A stretch of 64,000 bases of DNA, taken from Archaeoglobaceae archaeon. Its GTDB lineage: Archaea; Halobacteriota; Archaeoglobi; Archaeoglobales; Archaeoglobaceae. Location of the stretch: contig WAKM01000012.1 in NCBI GenBank assembly GCA_015523335.1, positions 1,714 through 65,713 on the forward strand, read 5' to 3'. Positions 18,779 to 27,508 of the stretch are shown one piece after another. The position numbers and the translations under genes were made by a program. The first letter of the stretch is position 1. Each line of letters starts with the position of its first letter. The notes under the pieces were generated by a model, which was given only the letters and a program-made list of their open reading frames with translations, had not been told where the DNA came from and made no database searches.

Positions 18779-19891
18779 TTAAAGTCCACCCTTAACTTCG
18801 ATCACGTCAAGCTTTGTGACCTTCGCCGGAACACCCAAAACCTCACTTAAACTCGGCTTAGTCCTTCCTTCATCCCCGCTAACGAGTTCCTTAATGTAAA
18901 GCCCGCTTTCGGCTTCTATTTTAAGAACCGCAACCCTTCCTCGATGCAACAGAATTTCGATGTCGTAAGTTCTCCTCTTCCTCAGCAGATCCGCCCTTCT
19001 ATGCAAAACCCTCTTCGGTGTCCTCTGCTCGATTACGGTATTGCTTATCGCTTTAACCGCTCTTTCAAGTTCATCCCTGCTTACTTCTTTCTCGAATTCA
19101 ACCTTAACCCTGTAGACCTTTCTGAAACCCGCCGACTTCAGATACTCAACATCCTTCGGCTCGGCAAACTTCAGATCGAAAACGACGACCTTACCACTCG
19201 TTTTTTTATTTACGTATTCCTCAACGTATTTTAAATCGACAAACCTCCTCTTAGGATTTTGAATCTCCATTATGAAGGGTCTTCCGTTTCCCAACATCCT
19301 CGCATCCACATCCTCCCTGCCGGATCCGTGCAGAATCGCGTTCGATCCCTTGAATATCTCAAGCATCGCGTTACCTATCAGCTCTTCAACGGAAGTCTGA
19401 TACTTCTTGCCCGTCCAGTTGCAAACCTCGCAACCCTTCCCTTCGCATTTCGTGCAGAGCCATCTCGTTTGAGATATCCCCCTCACTCTCTTCTTGTATC
19501 TTCCGTAAATGTAAAGCGGTCTTATCTGAATTTCGAAGTTATGATTTTCCAGATCGTAGATTACGACTACGTCTGGATCCCGATAAACCGGTTTGGCGTT
19601 CAGCTTTTCCGCAAGCTTTTTGCTGAGTTCCCTGTTGAACTGAACCTTAAGACTTCTCCCGTTCGAGCCTAATATCTCACTAAGATAACTTTCCAAAGCT
19701 TTTAGGCTTCCGTAAACTCTGCTTCCGACTGAGAAAGTTCTGAATTCGTAATCCTTCAATTTGCCCGCTATCTCATCAGCTATCTCGTCGATTTTCCAAA
19801 GTAAGCCGGAGCAGATCATACAGCTTTCCGGCTTAACAATTTCACAGTCGATCCCCGTTCTCCTCTGACATTTAACGCAGAGCTTGAGCAT
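18779..19891 (-). CDS. pus10: tRNA pseudouridine(54/55) synthase Pus10
   Basis: GRYKK..RGISQTRW, HGSGREDVDARMLGNGRPF, QRTP.RV, GLYIKELVSGDEGRT.PS; N-terminal CxxC/CxxC. Start about 19891, downstream of a TATA-like element. Confidence 0.93.
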   Translation of the reverse strand: MLKLCVKCQRRTGIDCEIVKPESCMICSGLLWKIDEIADEIAGKLKDYEFRTFSVGSRVYGSLKALESYLSEILGSNGRSLKVQFNRELSKKLAEKLNAKPVYRDPDVVVIYDLENHNFEIQIRPLYIYGRYKKRVRGISQTRWLCTKCEGKGCEVCNWTGKKYQTSVEELIGNAMLEIFKGSNAILHGSGREDVDARMLGNGRPFIMEIQNPKRRFVDLKYVEEYVNKKTSGKVVVFDLKFAEPKDVEYLKSAGFRKVYRVKVEFEKEVSRDELERAVKAISNTVIEQRTPKRVLHRRADLLRKRRTYDIEILLHRGRVAVLKIEAESGLYIKELVSGDEGRTKPSLSEVLGVPAKVTKLDVIEVKGGL

Positions 19892-19994
19892 TTTGTAGAA
19901 TTTCAACATCGATGTTGTTATAAAAACGTTGCTCGACTTTAAGGAAACTCTCGCATTCATCTCCCGCCCTTTCGGGCTTTTAACCTCTCGACCT

Positions 19995-20016
19995 TGACGT
20001 TGCATCTGCAACGTCA
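19995..20016. repeat. Perfect 10-bp inverted repeat TGACGTTGCA-tc-TGCAACGTCA overlapping the permease stop codon
   Basis: Read directly; a GCCC-GAAA-GGGC hairpin lies nearby on the minus strand (about 19966-19977). Confidence 0.8.
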
Positions 20017-21111
20017 CGCTACCACGTAGATCAAGGTCAATGCGAGCGCAACTAAGAAGTATGGCAAGGAGTATTTGTGAAATTCCTTCAAGCTTATCCC
20101 CGAAATTCTGGTAGCTATGAAGTTAGCCAGAGACCCTATCACGATTCCAGTTCCTCCGATGTTAACACCAACGGCAAGCGGGAGCCATGGGAATCTCTGA
20201 GATACCAGCATAACCGTTGCAGGAACGTTGCTTATCAGCTGACTCAAGCCCGCGGAGAGTAGAATTACGATCGTTGCCGATCGTTCGAAGCTTATGTATT
20301 CGAACAGAAGAGACGACATCTCTTTGAAATCCACAAATATCAGTGCGAAAACCGCAACGAGTGCTATGTCGAGCGAATACAGAGCTTCTCTACCGATGAG
20401 AGACATGACGAGCAGTGTTAGTAGAAATCCCACATACGCAAGATTTCTCTCAGCAAGCGCTACGTTGAGTATCAGAAGCAACGTAGAACACACCATCAGC
20501 CCCATCTTGATCTTAATTCTCGGCATCGGCGATACTTTCAATTTCCTACGCCTACTGCCGATCCATACGAAAAACATGAGGAGGATCATCCAAAGCAGAA
20601 CGTAGGGTAACATGGAACGCACGAATTCGGATAGCGGTATCTTGAAAGTCCTCCAGATTATTATGTTCTGAGGATTTCCTATGGGTGTTAAGGCAGAGCC
20701 TATGTTAGCCGCCAAGGCTATCGAAGTTACGGCCTTCGGCAGATCTATTTCGGCTATTTTCGAAATCGTTAATACGAACGGGACGAATACGAACATAGCC
20801 GTGTCGTTCATGATTACGGCTGATGAAATAGAAACGATCAGCACGAGTAGGCTCAGCAGTTTGAATTCCGAATCTCCGGAAATATTAACGATTGCGTTGG
20901 CGAATCTGCCGAAGATTCCGGAAAGCTCAAGCCCCCTCGAAACTATGAATAGAGATATAATCATTGCTAAGCTCTCGTAATCTATAAGCTCAAGACTCCT
21001 TCTCGGCAGTGAGGGATCGGCAATAGAGAGAGCTAAGAACAGCAGAATTAGAAACGTCAGAAACCATTCTCTCTTTATGATCTGCCAAAATTCTGCCGTT
21101 TTACTTGATAT
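20014..21111 (-). CDS. ArsB/NhaD/SLC13-superfamily anion permease (probable ATA start at 21111)
   Basis: MND, AANIGSALTPIGNPQN, SQLISNVPAT, VNIGG..GSLAN. Frame stays open for 49 codons upstream of ATG 20964, with a TM segment. Confidence 0.85.
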   Translation of the reverse strand: MSSKTAEFWQIIKREWFLTFLILLFLALSIADPSLPRRSLELIDYESLAMIISLFIVSRGLELSGIFGRFANAIVNISGDSEFKLLSLLVLIVSISSAVIMNDTAMFVFVPFVLTISKIAEIDLPKAVTSIALAANIGSALTPIGNPQNIIIWRTFKIPLSEFVRSMLPYVLLWMILLMFFVWIGSRRRKLKVSPMPRIKIKMGLMVCSTLLLILNVALAERNLAYVGFLLTLLVMSLIGREALYSLDIALVAVFALIFVDFKEMSSLLFEYISFERSATIVILLSAGLSQLISNVPATVMLVSQRFPWLPLAVGVNIGGTGIVIGSLANFIATRISGISLKEFHKYSLPYFLVALALTLIYVVA

Positions 21112-21559
21112 ACCTTCTCACCTCGTCCGTGAGTCCGTAGTCCGGTATTATCTCCTCTCCGTTCTCGGAAACCTTTATGTGCATGATGATGATCTTATTC
21201 CAAGCAACGGGGATAACCCAAGCATCCTCGGGCTCTCTGAATTCAGCGGCTTCGATGACGTTGGCTTCCTTCAAAACTCTCTCAACAGCCTCTCGAACCT
21301 TTTGCGAATCTACTTCCGCACGAGCCCTTACCGGTCTACCCTTCGGAGAAGGAGCATCGGCGTGCAGATCGTAGTGGATTCTGTCCACGGCGAAGTCCAT
21401 ATACATAACCGGAACGTCGACGTGAACCTCTCCACCCGCTCCCATTTTGATTATCGGAACACCCGCAGTAAAGAACCGATAGGCTTCCTTAGCCGTTCTT
21501 ATCGCCTTATCGAGAGCTTTAAAGTTGAGCGGTTTGAACCTCCTCACCGGCGGCGGCAT
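21101..21559 (-). CDS. Conserved-looking hypothetical protein
   Basis: ORF behind a GGAGGA SD; VDVPVMY..FAVDRIHYD..PSPKGRP, AAEFREPE, PDYGLT; overlaps the permease start. Confidence 0.75.
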   Translation of the reverse strand: MPPPVRRFKPLNFKALDKAIRTAKEAYRFFTAGVPIIKMGAGGEVHVDVPVMYMDFAVDRIHYDLHADAPSPKGRPVRARAEVDSQKVREAVERVLKEANVIEAAEFREPEDAWVIPVAWNKIIIMHIKVSENGEEIIPDYGLTDEVRRYIK

Positions 21560-21615
21560 TTCTAATCCTCCCATATGTTTTTGAAATATGAGCTAAGCGG
21601 TATTTTTATATAGTA

Positions 21616-21633
21616 GGTAAACAAACTTTTACC
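21616..21633. promoter_or_regulatory. Inverted repeat GGTAAA-N6-TTTACC next to TTTATATA, candidate ArsR operator
   Basis: In the divergent promoter region of the islet, directly 3' of a TATA box at about 21605-21612. Confidence 0.5.
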
Positions 21634-21676
21634 CGTATAACAAAAATGATACCCGTAAGTTAATGGGGTGATCGGC

Positions 21677-21916
21677 ATGGTTTCGCCATTACCGGAAATG
21701 GAGACTATAGAATGGTTGGTATGGTGGATACTGATTGCCCTCGTTATCGTAGCGGGCATACTGTTGAAGTTTTGGAGATATCGATTAATGGCGGATCTTT
21801 TACGGCAGACGCCCGAAAGATCGAAATACTTCGATGAAACGATGCGGGAGTTGCTTCACGAAATTAAGATGCTCAGGAAGGAAATAGAGGAGCTCAGAAA
21901 GGAACTCAAGGAATAG
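21677..21916 (+). CDS. Small membrane-anchored coiled-coil protein
   Basis: GGGGTGA SD, one TM segment, C-terminal ELLHEIKMLRKEIEELRKELKE. Confidence 0.75.
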   Translation: MVSPLPEMETIEWLVWWILIALVIVAGILLKFWRYRLMADLLRQTPERSKYFDETMRELLHEIKMLRKEIEELRKELKE

Positions 21917-21917
21917 C

Positions 21918-22238
21918 ATGAACGGCGACAAAACCGATCTTGCCGATAACCTCGCAGAAATTTTGAAGGTTCTTGCGAATCCGATTAGACTCAAAATACT
22001 CGCTCTGTGCTTATCCAAAGAGCGAACGAGCAGAGAACTGAGGGAGAAGCTCAAACTATCGAAACCCCTCCTAATATCTCATTTACGAAAACTTGTGAAC
22101 GCCGGTTTTCTTGAATACAGGACGGAATTGGATGGGAAAAGGGTGATAGTGAGGAAGTATTACAGAACGAGGATATTCGAAGTTTGTGTAAATCCGGAGG
22201 TTTTGAAGGATATTTCGGAAGAACTCGAAGATGACTGA
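21918..22238 (+). CDS. ArsR/SmtB-family transcriptional regulator
   Basis: LKVLANPIRLKIL...SHLRKLVNAGFL...RKYY. Confidence 0.9.
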   Translation: MNGDKTDLADNLAEILKVLANPIRLKILALCLSKERTSRELREKLKLSKPLLISHLRKLVNAGFLEYRTELDGKRVIVRKYYRTRIFEVCVNPEVLKDISEELEDD

Positions 22239-22282
22239 TATATCCTAACATTTATATTCATAGACATTCGACGAGTTCGGGC

Positions 22283-23674
22283 ATGAGGGTGGTTATGAAA
22301 TTCGGCGGCGTAAGTGTGAAGGATGGGAAAAACATCCTTCATTGCGCTAATCTGGTTAAGAGGTTTGCCAAGGATAATGAGATCGTTGTTGTTGTTTCGG
22401 CTATGTCCGGTGTTACCGATTCTCTGGCTAACGCGGCGTATAAGTGCTGTTACGAACGCTCATTGGGTTTTATAAAATCGTTCATTGCCGATTTGGCTAA
22501 GAGGCACTACGAAGCTGTCGAGGTGGCTGTCAAGAACAAGAACATAAAGTCGAAGGTGCTATCGACGATAGACAATCTCGTTGACGAGCTTGAGAAGGTT
22601 TTGACTGGCATCAGCTACTTGGGCGAGCTCACCAAGAGGAGTGAGGATTACATACTTTCCTTTGGCGAAAGATTGCTCGCACCCATTTTTTCAGCTTCCC
22701 TGCTTTCAGTAGGCGTCGATTCAGTTGCCTTAACCGGAGGAGATGCTGGAATAATTACCGATAACAACTTCGGAAGGGCTAAGCCTTTGCCGGAATCTTA
22801 TGAGATCATAAGGAACAGACTCGAACCGTTAATAGCAATAAAGAAGACCGTTCCCGTCGTTACGGGATTCATAGGAACAACCGAAGATGGGGTAATTACA
22901 ACCCTCGGAAGGGGCGGTAGCGATCTCACGGCAACGTTAATAGCAGCGGCATTGGATGCCGATGAAGTTTGGCTTTGGAAGGAAGTTGACGGCGTCATGA
23001 CAACCGATCCGAAGATAGTGCCGGAAGCGAGGGTGATTCCGGAAATATCGTATCAGGAGGCTATGGAGCTATCGCATTTCGGTGCAAAGATCTTGCACCC
23101 TCGCGCCTTGGAGCCGGTTATGGCGAAGAAGATTCCGGTGAGGATAAAGAACACTTTCAATCCCGACGCGAACGGAACGGTAATTAAGGAGGAAACCAAG
23201 TCGACGAAGGAAATAGTTAAGGCTATAAGTTTGGTTGAAAGGGCTGGAATAATAAACATCAGCGGAGCTGGATTCGATTTTGCGGAGATAATGTCCGAGG
23301 TGTTCAGAAGGCTCGCGAAAGCCAAGGTCAACGTTATAATGGTAGCCCAAAGTTCTTCGGAGCTCAATCTGTCGATAGTCGTCGACAAGGCTGACATAAA
23401 CAAGGCTATGAAGGCTCTTTCAGGATTAAACAACGGAGTATCCAAGATTTCGAAGAAAGACGACATTGCTGTGGTAAGCGCGGTTGGAGCGGGAATGGCT
23501 GGAACTCCGGGAGTAGCGGGAAGGATCTTCTCGGCTCTCGGTAGGAACGGAATCAACGTAATTATGATAAGCCAGAGTTGCTCAGAATACAATGTCTCCT
23601 TTGCCGTAGCGAAGGAAAACGGACGAAAAGCCGTGAAGGTTATTCACGAAGAATTTAATTTAGGAGCTAAATAA
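22283..23674 (+). CDS. lysC: Aspartate kinase
   Basis: VMKFGG, VVSAMSGVTD, TLGRGGSD, two ACT domains. Confidence 0.96.
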   Translation: MRVVMKFGGVSVKDGKNILHCANLVKRFAKDNEIVVVVSAMSGVTDSLANAAYKCCYERSLGFIKSFIADLAKRHYEAVEVAVKNKNIKSKVLSTIDNLVDELEKVLTGISYLGELTKRSEDYILSFGERLLAPIFSASLLSVGVDSVALTGGDAGIITDNNFGRAKPLPESYEIIRNRLEPLIAIKKTVPVVTGFIGTTEDGVITTLGRGGSDLTATLIAAALDADEVWLWKEVDGVMTTDPKIVPEARVIPEISYQEAMELSHFGAKILHPRALEPVMAKKIPVRIKNTFNPDANGTVIKEETKSTKEIVKAISLVERAGIINISGAGFDFAEIMSEVFRRLAKAKVNVIMVAQSSSELNLSIVVDKADINKAMKALSGLNNGVSKISKKDDIAVVSAVGAGMAGTPGVAGRIFSALGRNGINVIMISQSCSEYNVSFAVAKENGRKAVKVIHEEFNLGAK

Positions 23675-23675
23675 G

Positions 23676-24677
23676 TCAGTCTCCTCTCTGAATCTTCGCA
23701 TGTCCTCCGATTATTGAGCCGCTAAGTTCCAGATTCCTAATCTCGCAGTCCTCGTCGATTATACTCCTCCAGATCCTCGTTCTCCTTAAAATAACCCTAT
23801 CGAAGATGACCGAATCGCTCACATCGGAACTTTCAATGATGCAGTTCTTTCCTATGTATGCGTAGGGACCGACGATGGATCGACCCCTTATTTCGACGCC
23901 CTCCTCTATAACGACCGGCGGAATTATCTTCGAAGCTTTGTCGATCTTCACGTTTTCTGATATGTATTCGTCCATATAGAACTTGAAAGCCTCTATGTAG
24001 GAGTCGGGATTTCCAACGTCATACCATATCCCGTTGCCGAACGGATAACCGTAAACCTCAACCCTTTCGCAAAGCCAGCCTATGAAATCTCCCAAGTTGT
24101 CCGACTTCTCGTTGGTTCTAACATACTCCTGCAAAAGATCGACGGCTTCTTGAGGGAGAGCGTAGATTCCTATTCCGACCAAAGTCGATTTCGGTTTCTC
24201 GGGCTTCTCGTAAAACTTTACGACCCTCTCCCCATCGATGTCCGCGACACCGTATCTCTTAGCAAGCTCGTAATCGCCTACGTCGTATAAAGCGACGACG
24301 GTCTTCCCCTTCTGTCTGTAATATTCAACGAAGCCGTCCAAATCGAATGAGAACAGGTTGTCTCCGGCTACGACGAGCAGATCGTCATCTATAATCTTCG
24401 CAACTTCTGCTAAAGCTCTAACTGCTCCTAACTTCTCCTCCTCCTTAGTCGTATGCTCCACTATGAGCTCGACATCCTTATCCTCAGCCCAACGTCTGAA
24501 GTCGTCTTCAAACCTCTTATTCGTAGAAACGTAAATCGGAACTTTAAATCTTGAAACCTTCTCGTAGATGTGGTCAATGATTTTCCTCTTACCTATCGGT
24601 AGTAGAGGCTTAGCTTTAGTCTTCGTGATTGGCCAAAGCCTCGTCGCGTAGCCGCCAGCCATTATGACGATATTCAT
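23676..24677 (-). CDS. Sugar-phosphate nucleotidyltransferase with C-terminal left-handed beta-helix
   Basis: MAGGYATRLWPIT..KPLL, GDN, EKP, WYDVG, hexapeptide repeats. Confidence 0.9.
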   Translation of the reverse strand: MNIVIMAGGYATRLWPITKTKAKPLLPIGKRKIIDHIYEKVSRFKVPIYVSTNKRFEDDFRRWAEDKDVELIVEHTTKEEEKLGAVRALAEVAKIIDDDLLVVAGDNLFSFDLDGFVEYYRQKGKTVVALYDVGDYELAKRYGVADIDGERVVKFYEKPEKPKSTLVGIGIYALPQEAVDLLQEYVRTNEKSDNLGDFIGWLCERVEVYGYPFGNGIWYDVGNPDSYIEAFKFYMDEYISENVKIDKASKIIPPVVIEEGVEIRGRSIVGPYAYIGKNCIIESSDVSDSVIFDRVILRRTRIWRSIIDEDCEIRNLELSGSIIGGHAKIQRGD

Positions 24678-24874
24678 AGTAACGGTGTAACTGTATAGAT
24701 TAAAAATTACTTTCGGTTGATGACGTTTCGAAAAGCCACTTAAGAGAGAATTCGTTGAAATAGGAGAATAGTTTCAGGCAACACTCAAAGGTGTTACGAA
24801 CCGGTTTAAGGAGTTTGTGGAACGGACAGCAGTTAAATTCGGTCTTTTAGTATCCGCGAAGGAGCGGAAGATAA

Positions 24875-26554
24875 CTAAGAGAGAGCGTTTTTCAGAACTA
24901 CATCCAAAACTTCCGGTTTGTCTATCGGAAAGTTGTAACTCCTAAAGTCGTATTCTTCAATTTCGCCGGATTTCTTGATTACGGTTATTTCAAGTTTCGG
25001 AAGTGGTAAAAATTTGCTCAACTCTTCTCTAAGTTTTTTGTAATCGCCGATAATATTCTTTGTTCTTCCGTTGAGCCTGATCTTTACCTTTCCGACGTGC
25101 TTGGGATTTAGGAACTCTTTGAACTGCTCGAGCTTATCGATGCAGTCCTTTCTGACGTAGGTCTTGCCGAGGTGTGTGTATATGTATATCAACTCGCCTT
25201 CTTCTGCCGATTTCTTCAAAGCAAATCTAACCTCGCTCCGAGTTCTGCCGGTAATTTCCTCAATCCACTCAGCCGGCATCGGTGTGCTTAGCTCTTCCAC
25301 TATCTTATGTCTCCTCGATTTCCTCCAGAGCTCCTCCAAAACGTCTCTATCGATGTTTATGTCGATTATCTTCTTAGCCTGATCGATCGAAGCAATTAGG
25401 TCGTCCGTATCGATCGTGTCGGGTGTCACGAGGTAAACGACGAACTTCACATCCTTCCCCGCTTTTCTCATTATCCTTCCGTGCCTCTGAATGAACCTGA
25501 GCGGACTTGAGGTGTTAGACCAGTTTATCAGCAGATCAGCCGTGGGAAGATCCACCCCTTCTTCGCCAGCTGACGTTGATACTATCACATCAGCCTGCTT
25601 GGCTTCTTCGAGCATCTCTCTCATTTTCTCCCTCTGTCTTCCTATTACGAGCGCAACCCTATAGTCTGTTTTTTCATCCAAGATTTCCGCAAGTTTTTTT
25701 GCAACAACAACTCTTTCAACGAAAACTATGGATTTGCTGAATCCTTCGTATAGCACCAAAGCTCTGAAAAGATATCTCAGCTTATGCAGATCTCTAAGCT
25801 TAAGGACGTCGTTTTTAAGATCTTCCAACAGCTTCGAAAGCTTGTTCTTCCTGCTCAAGCTCTCCTTTAAGGCTAAAGCTCCGTCTTTAGCGAAGAATTT
25901 CAGAGCAGAAGTGTATATTAGCTTCTCGCTTTTCCTTGCAATGTTCCTTCTCCTATCTATCTCGTCGTAAACTTCCATCTCCCTCCTGCTGAACGGTGTT
26001 TCGAAAACCTCCGCAATCCACTCGGCGATGAACGGCTTTACTTCCTTAGTCGACCACTCCCTAACCTTTCCGATCAGACGTTCGATCTCATTTCTCCTTC
26101 TCTTCGGAATGTATGCGGACAAACCTAACTTGTAATCGCATTCGAGCTCCTTCAGAACCTTAGCGTATGCGTCATCGCCTACGGCATGATGACACTCATC
26201 CACAACTACCGCGTCGACCTTCACAAGCTCCAAATCGCTGTAAACAGTTTCCGGCGTAGAAATGGCAACTTTCGCTCTTTTCCACATTTCTTCCCTCTTC
26301 TCCTTCGGATGTATTCCGTAGATCATCTCCGAATCTATTCCCAATTTTGAGTAAACCTTATGTGTCTGTTCAACCAAAATTCGGGTCGGAACCAAAACTA
26401 AGGCTTTCTTAATCAAACCCCTTCTAAAAAGATTTTTTAGAAAAAAGGCACCTATTATCGTTTTGCCAGTTCCAGTCGGAAGGACTAAAACTGATCTCCT
26501 ATGCTTTAAGGCATGCTCGACCGCTTCCTTCTGGTAAGGTCTGAGCTCGATCAT
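24875..26554 (-). CDS. SF2 Hef/FANCM-like DExH helicase with C-terminal winged-helix-like region and no ERCC4 nuclease motif
   Basis: LRPYQ, LPTGTGKT, PTRILVEQ, DECHH, STSAGEEGVDLP, FIQRHGR. Confidence 0.85.
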   Translation of the reverse strand: MIELRPYQKEAVEHALKHRRSVLVLPTGTGKTIIGAFFLKNLFRRGLIKKALVLVPTRILVEQTHKVYSKLGIDSEMIYGIHPKEKREEMWKRAKVAISTPETVYSDLELVKVDAVVVDECHHAVGDDAYAKVLKELECDYKLGLSAYIPKRRRNEIERLIGKVREWSTKEVKPFIAEWIAEVFETPFSRREMEVYDEIDRRRNIARKSEKLIYTSALKFFAKDGALALKESLSRKNKLSKLLEDLKNDVLKLRDLHKLRYLFRALVLYEGFSKSIVFVERVVVAKKLAEILDEKTDYRVALVIGRQREKMREMLEEAKQADVIVSTSAGEEGVDLPTADLLINWSNTSSPLRFIQRHGRIMRKAGKDVKFVVYLVTPDTIDTDDLIASIDQAKKIIDINIDRDVLEELWRKSRRHKIVEELSTPMPAEWIEEITGRTRSEVRFALKKSAEEGELIYIYTHLGKTYVRKDCIDKLEQFKEFLNPKHVGKVKIRLNGRTKNIIGDYKKLREELSKFLPLPKLEITVIKKSGEIEEYDFRSYNFPIDKPEVLDVVLKNALS

Positions 26555-27432
26555 CTTTCTATAAGCGGAACGAGTTCCCTCGCCACACTTGAGTAGAGTT
26601 GAACGCTGTCTCTGTATTTCGTATCCGGAATTCCGGTGTATATCAAGTGGATCTTCGTCGGCAGATCTTCGTCGTATATCTCCCGAACTATGAACTTCGC
26701 AAGCGCTGATGTTAACGTCTCAAGCTTCGGATAGCCCATTCCAAGCGGAACTCTCTTCTTTACTACGATACCTCTCAGCTTGACTCCCGTAATCTGGGAG
26801 AACCTCAGAGAAAGATAATCGGGACAGAGATCCAGAGCTTTCTTGAGCAGATTAATCCAGAAAACCTCATCCGTCTCCTCCGAAGCCTTGTGGAATAAAC
26901 CGGTCCTGTAGACATTCTTCTCCCTCATCCAGTCGTTCTCAAGCTGTAACGAAATGATAACCCTGTTCGAATTCAAAGTCTCCATGATCGCCTTGATTTC
27001 GTCTATCGAACCCAAGAGGTATCTCGAATACGTCGTTTCGAGAGAGATCCTGATCTTTTCCGTGTTGTCCAAGATCATCTTGATGGTTTCGGCTGACATC
27101 TCTACGGTTTTGTCGATGTCGTCGAGCTTCCCGCCCAAGTGGAGGTTAAAAACTTCGGCTCCAGCCATTTCAGCTTTTTTCGCGGCCGCAATTAGTCCCT
27201 TTCTCGCTCTCTCAAGCGTCTCTTCGTCTTCCGAAACCGTGCTGTAATATGGGGAGTGAGCGGTGATCGTGTTGAACACCTTCGCAAGCTCTCCGTATTC
27301 CCTGAAATATTCTTCAACGTATCTCCTTCTCGTAAAATCGTAAGGCGGGATTTCGGTTAGCCTCATTCCCAAAAGCTCCGCAATGTGCAGTTTCCACTTA
27401 CCGTTGTAAGTTCCCCAGTCGAACAGAGCCAT
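26551..27432 (-). CDS. Divergent endonuclease IV / AP-endonuclease-2 TIM-barrel protein
   Basis: TAHSPYY, NLHLG, LETT...LGSIDEI match the N-terminal half of archaeal EndoIV; ATGA overlap with the helicase. Confidence 0.72.
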   Translation of the reverse strand: MALFDWGTYNGKWKLHIAELLGMRLTEIPPYDFTRRRYVEEYFREYGELAKVFNTITAHSPYYSTVSEDEETLERARKGLIAAAKKAEMAGAEVFNLHLGGKLDDIDKTVEMSAETIKMILDNTEKIRISLETTYSRYLLGSIDEIKAIMETLNSNRVIISLQLENDWMREKNVYRTGLFHKASEETDEVFWINLLKKALDLCPDYLSLRFSQITGVKLRGIVVKKRVPLGMGYPKLETLTSALAKFIVREIYDEDLPTKIHLIYTGIPDTKYRDSVQLYSSVARELVPLIER

Positions 27433-27508
27433 GTATAATATTATGCTTCAAATTATAAAAACTTTGGCACTACATTTATATATTAGCGTCCGCAAGTTGA
27501 TTTTTGCA

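Noticed and set aside
19960..20016. UGA followed by hairpins, as a possible SECIS/readthrough signal or fluoride riboswitch
   Set aside because: The permease ends at a normal C-terminus, no redox motif is present, and the SECIS and crcB-motif consensus elements are not matched.
19892..20017. N-terminal extension of Pus10
   Set aside because: Runs through a TATA-like element and non-coding hairpins.
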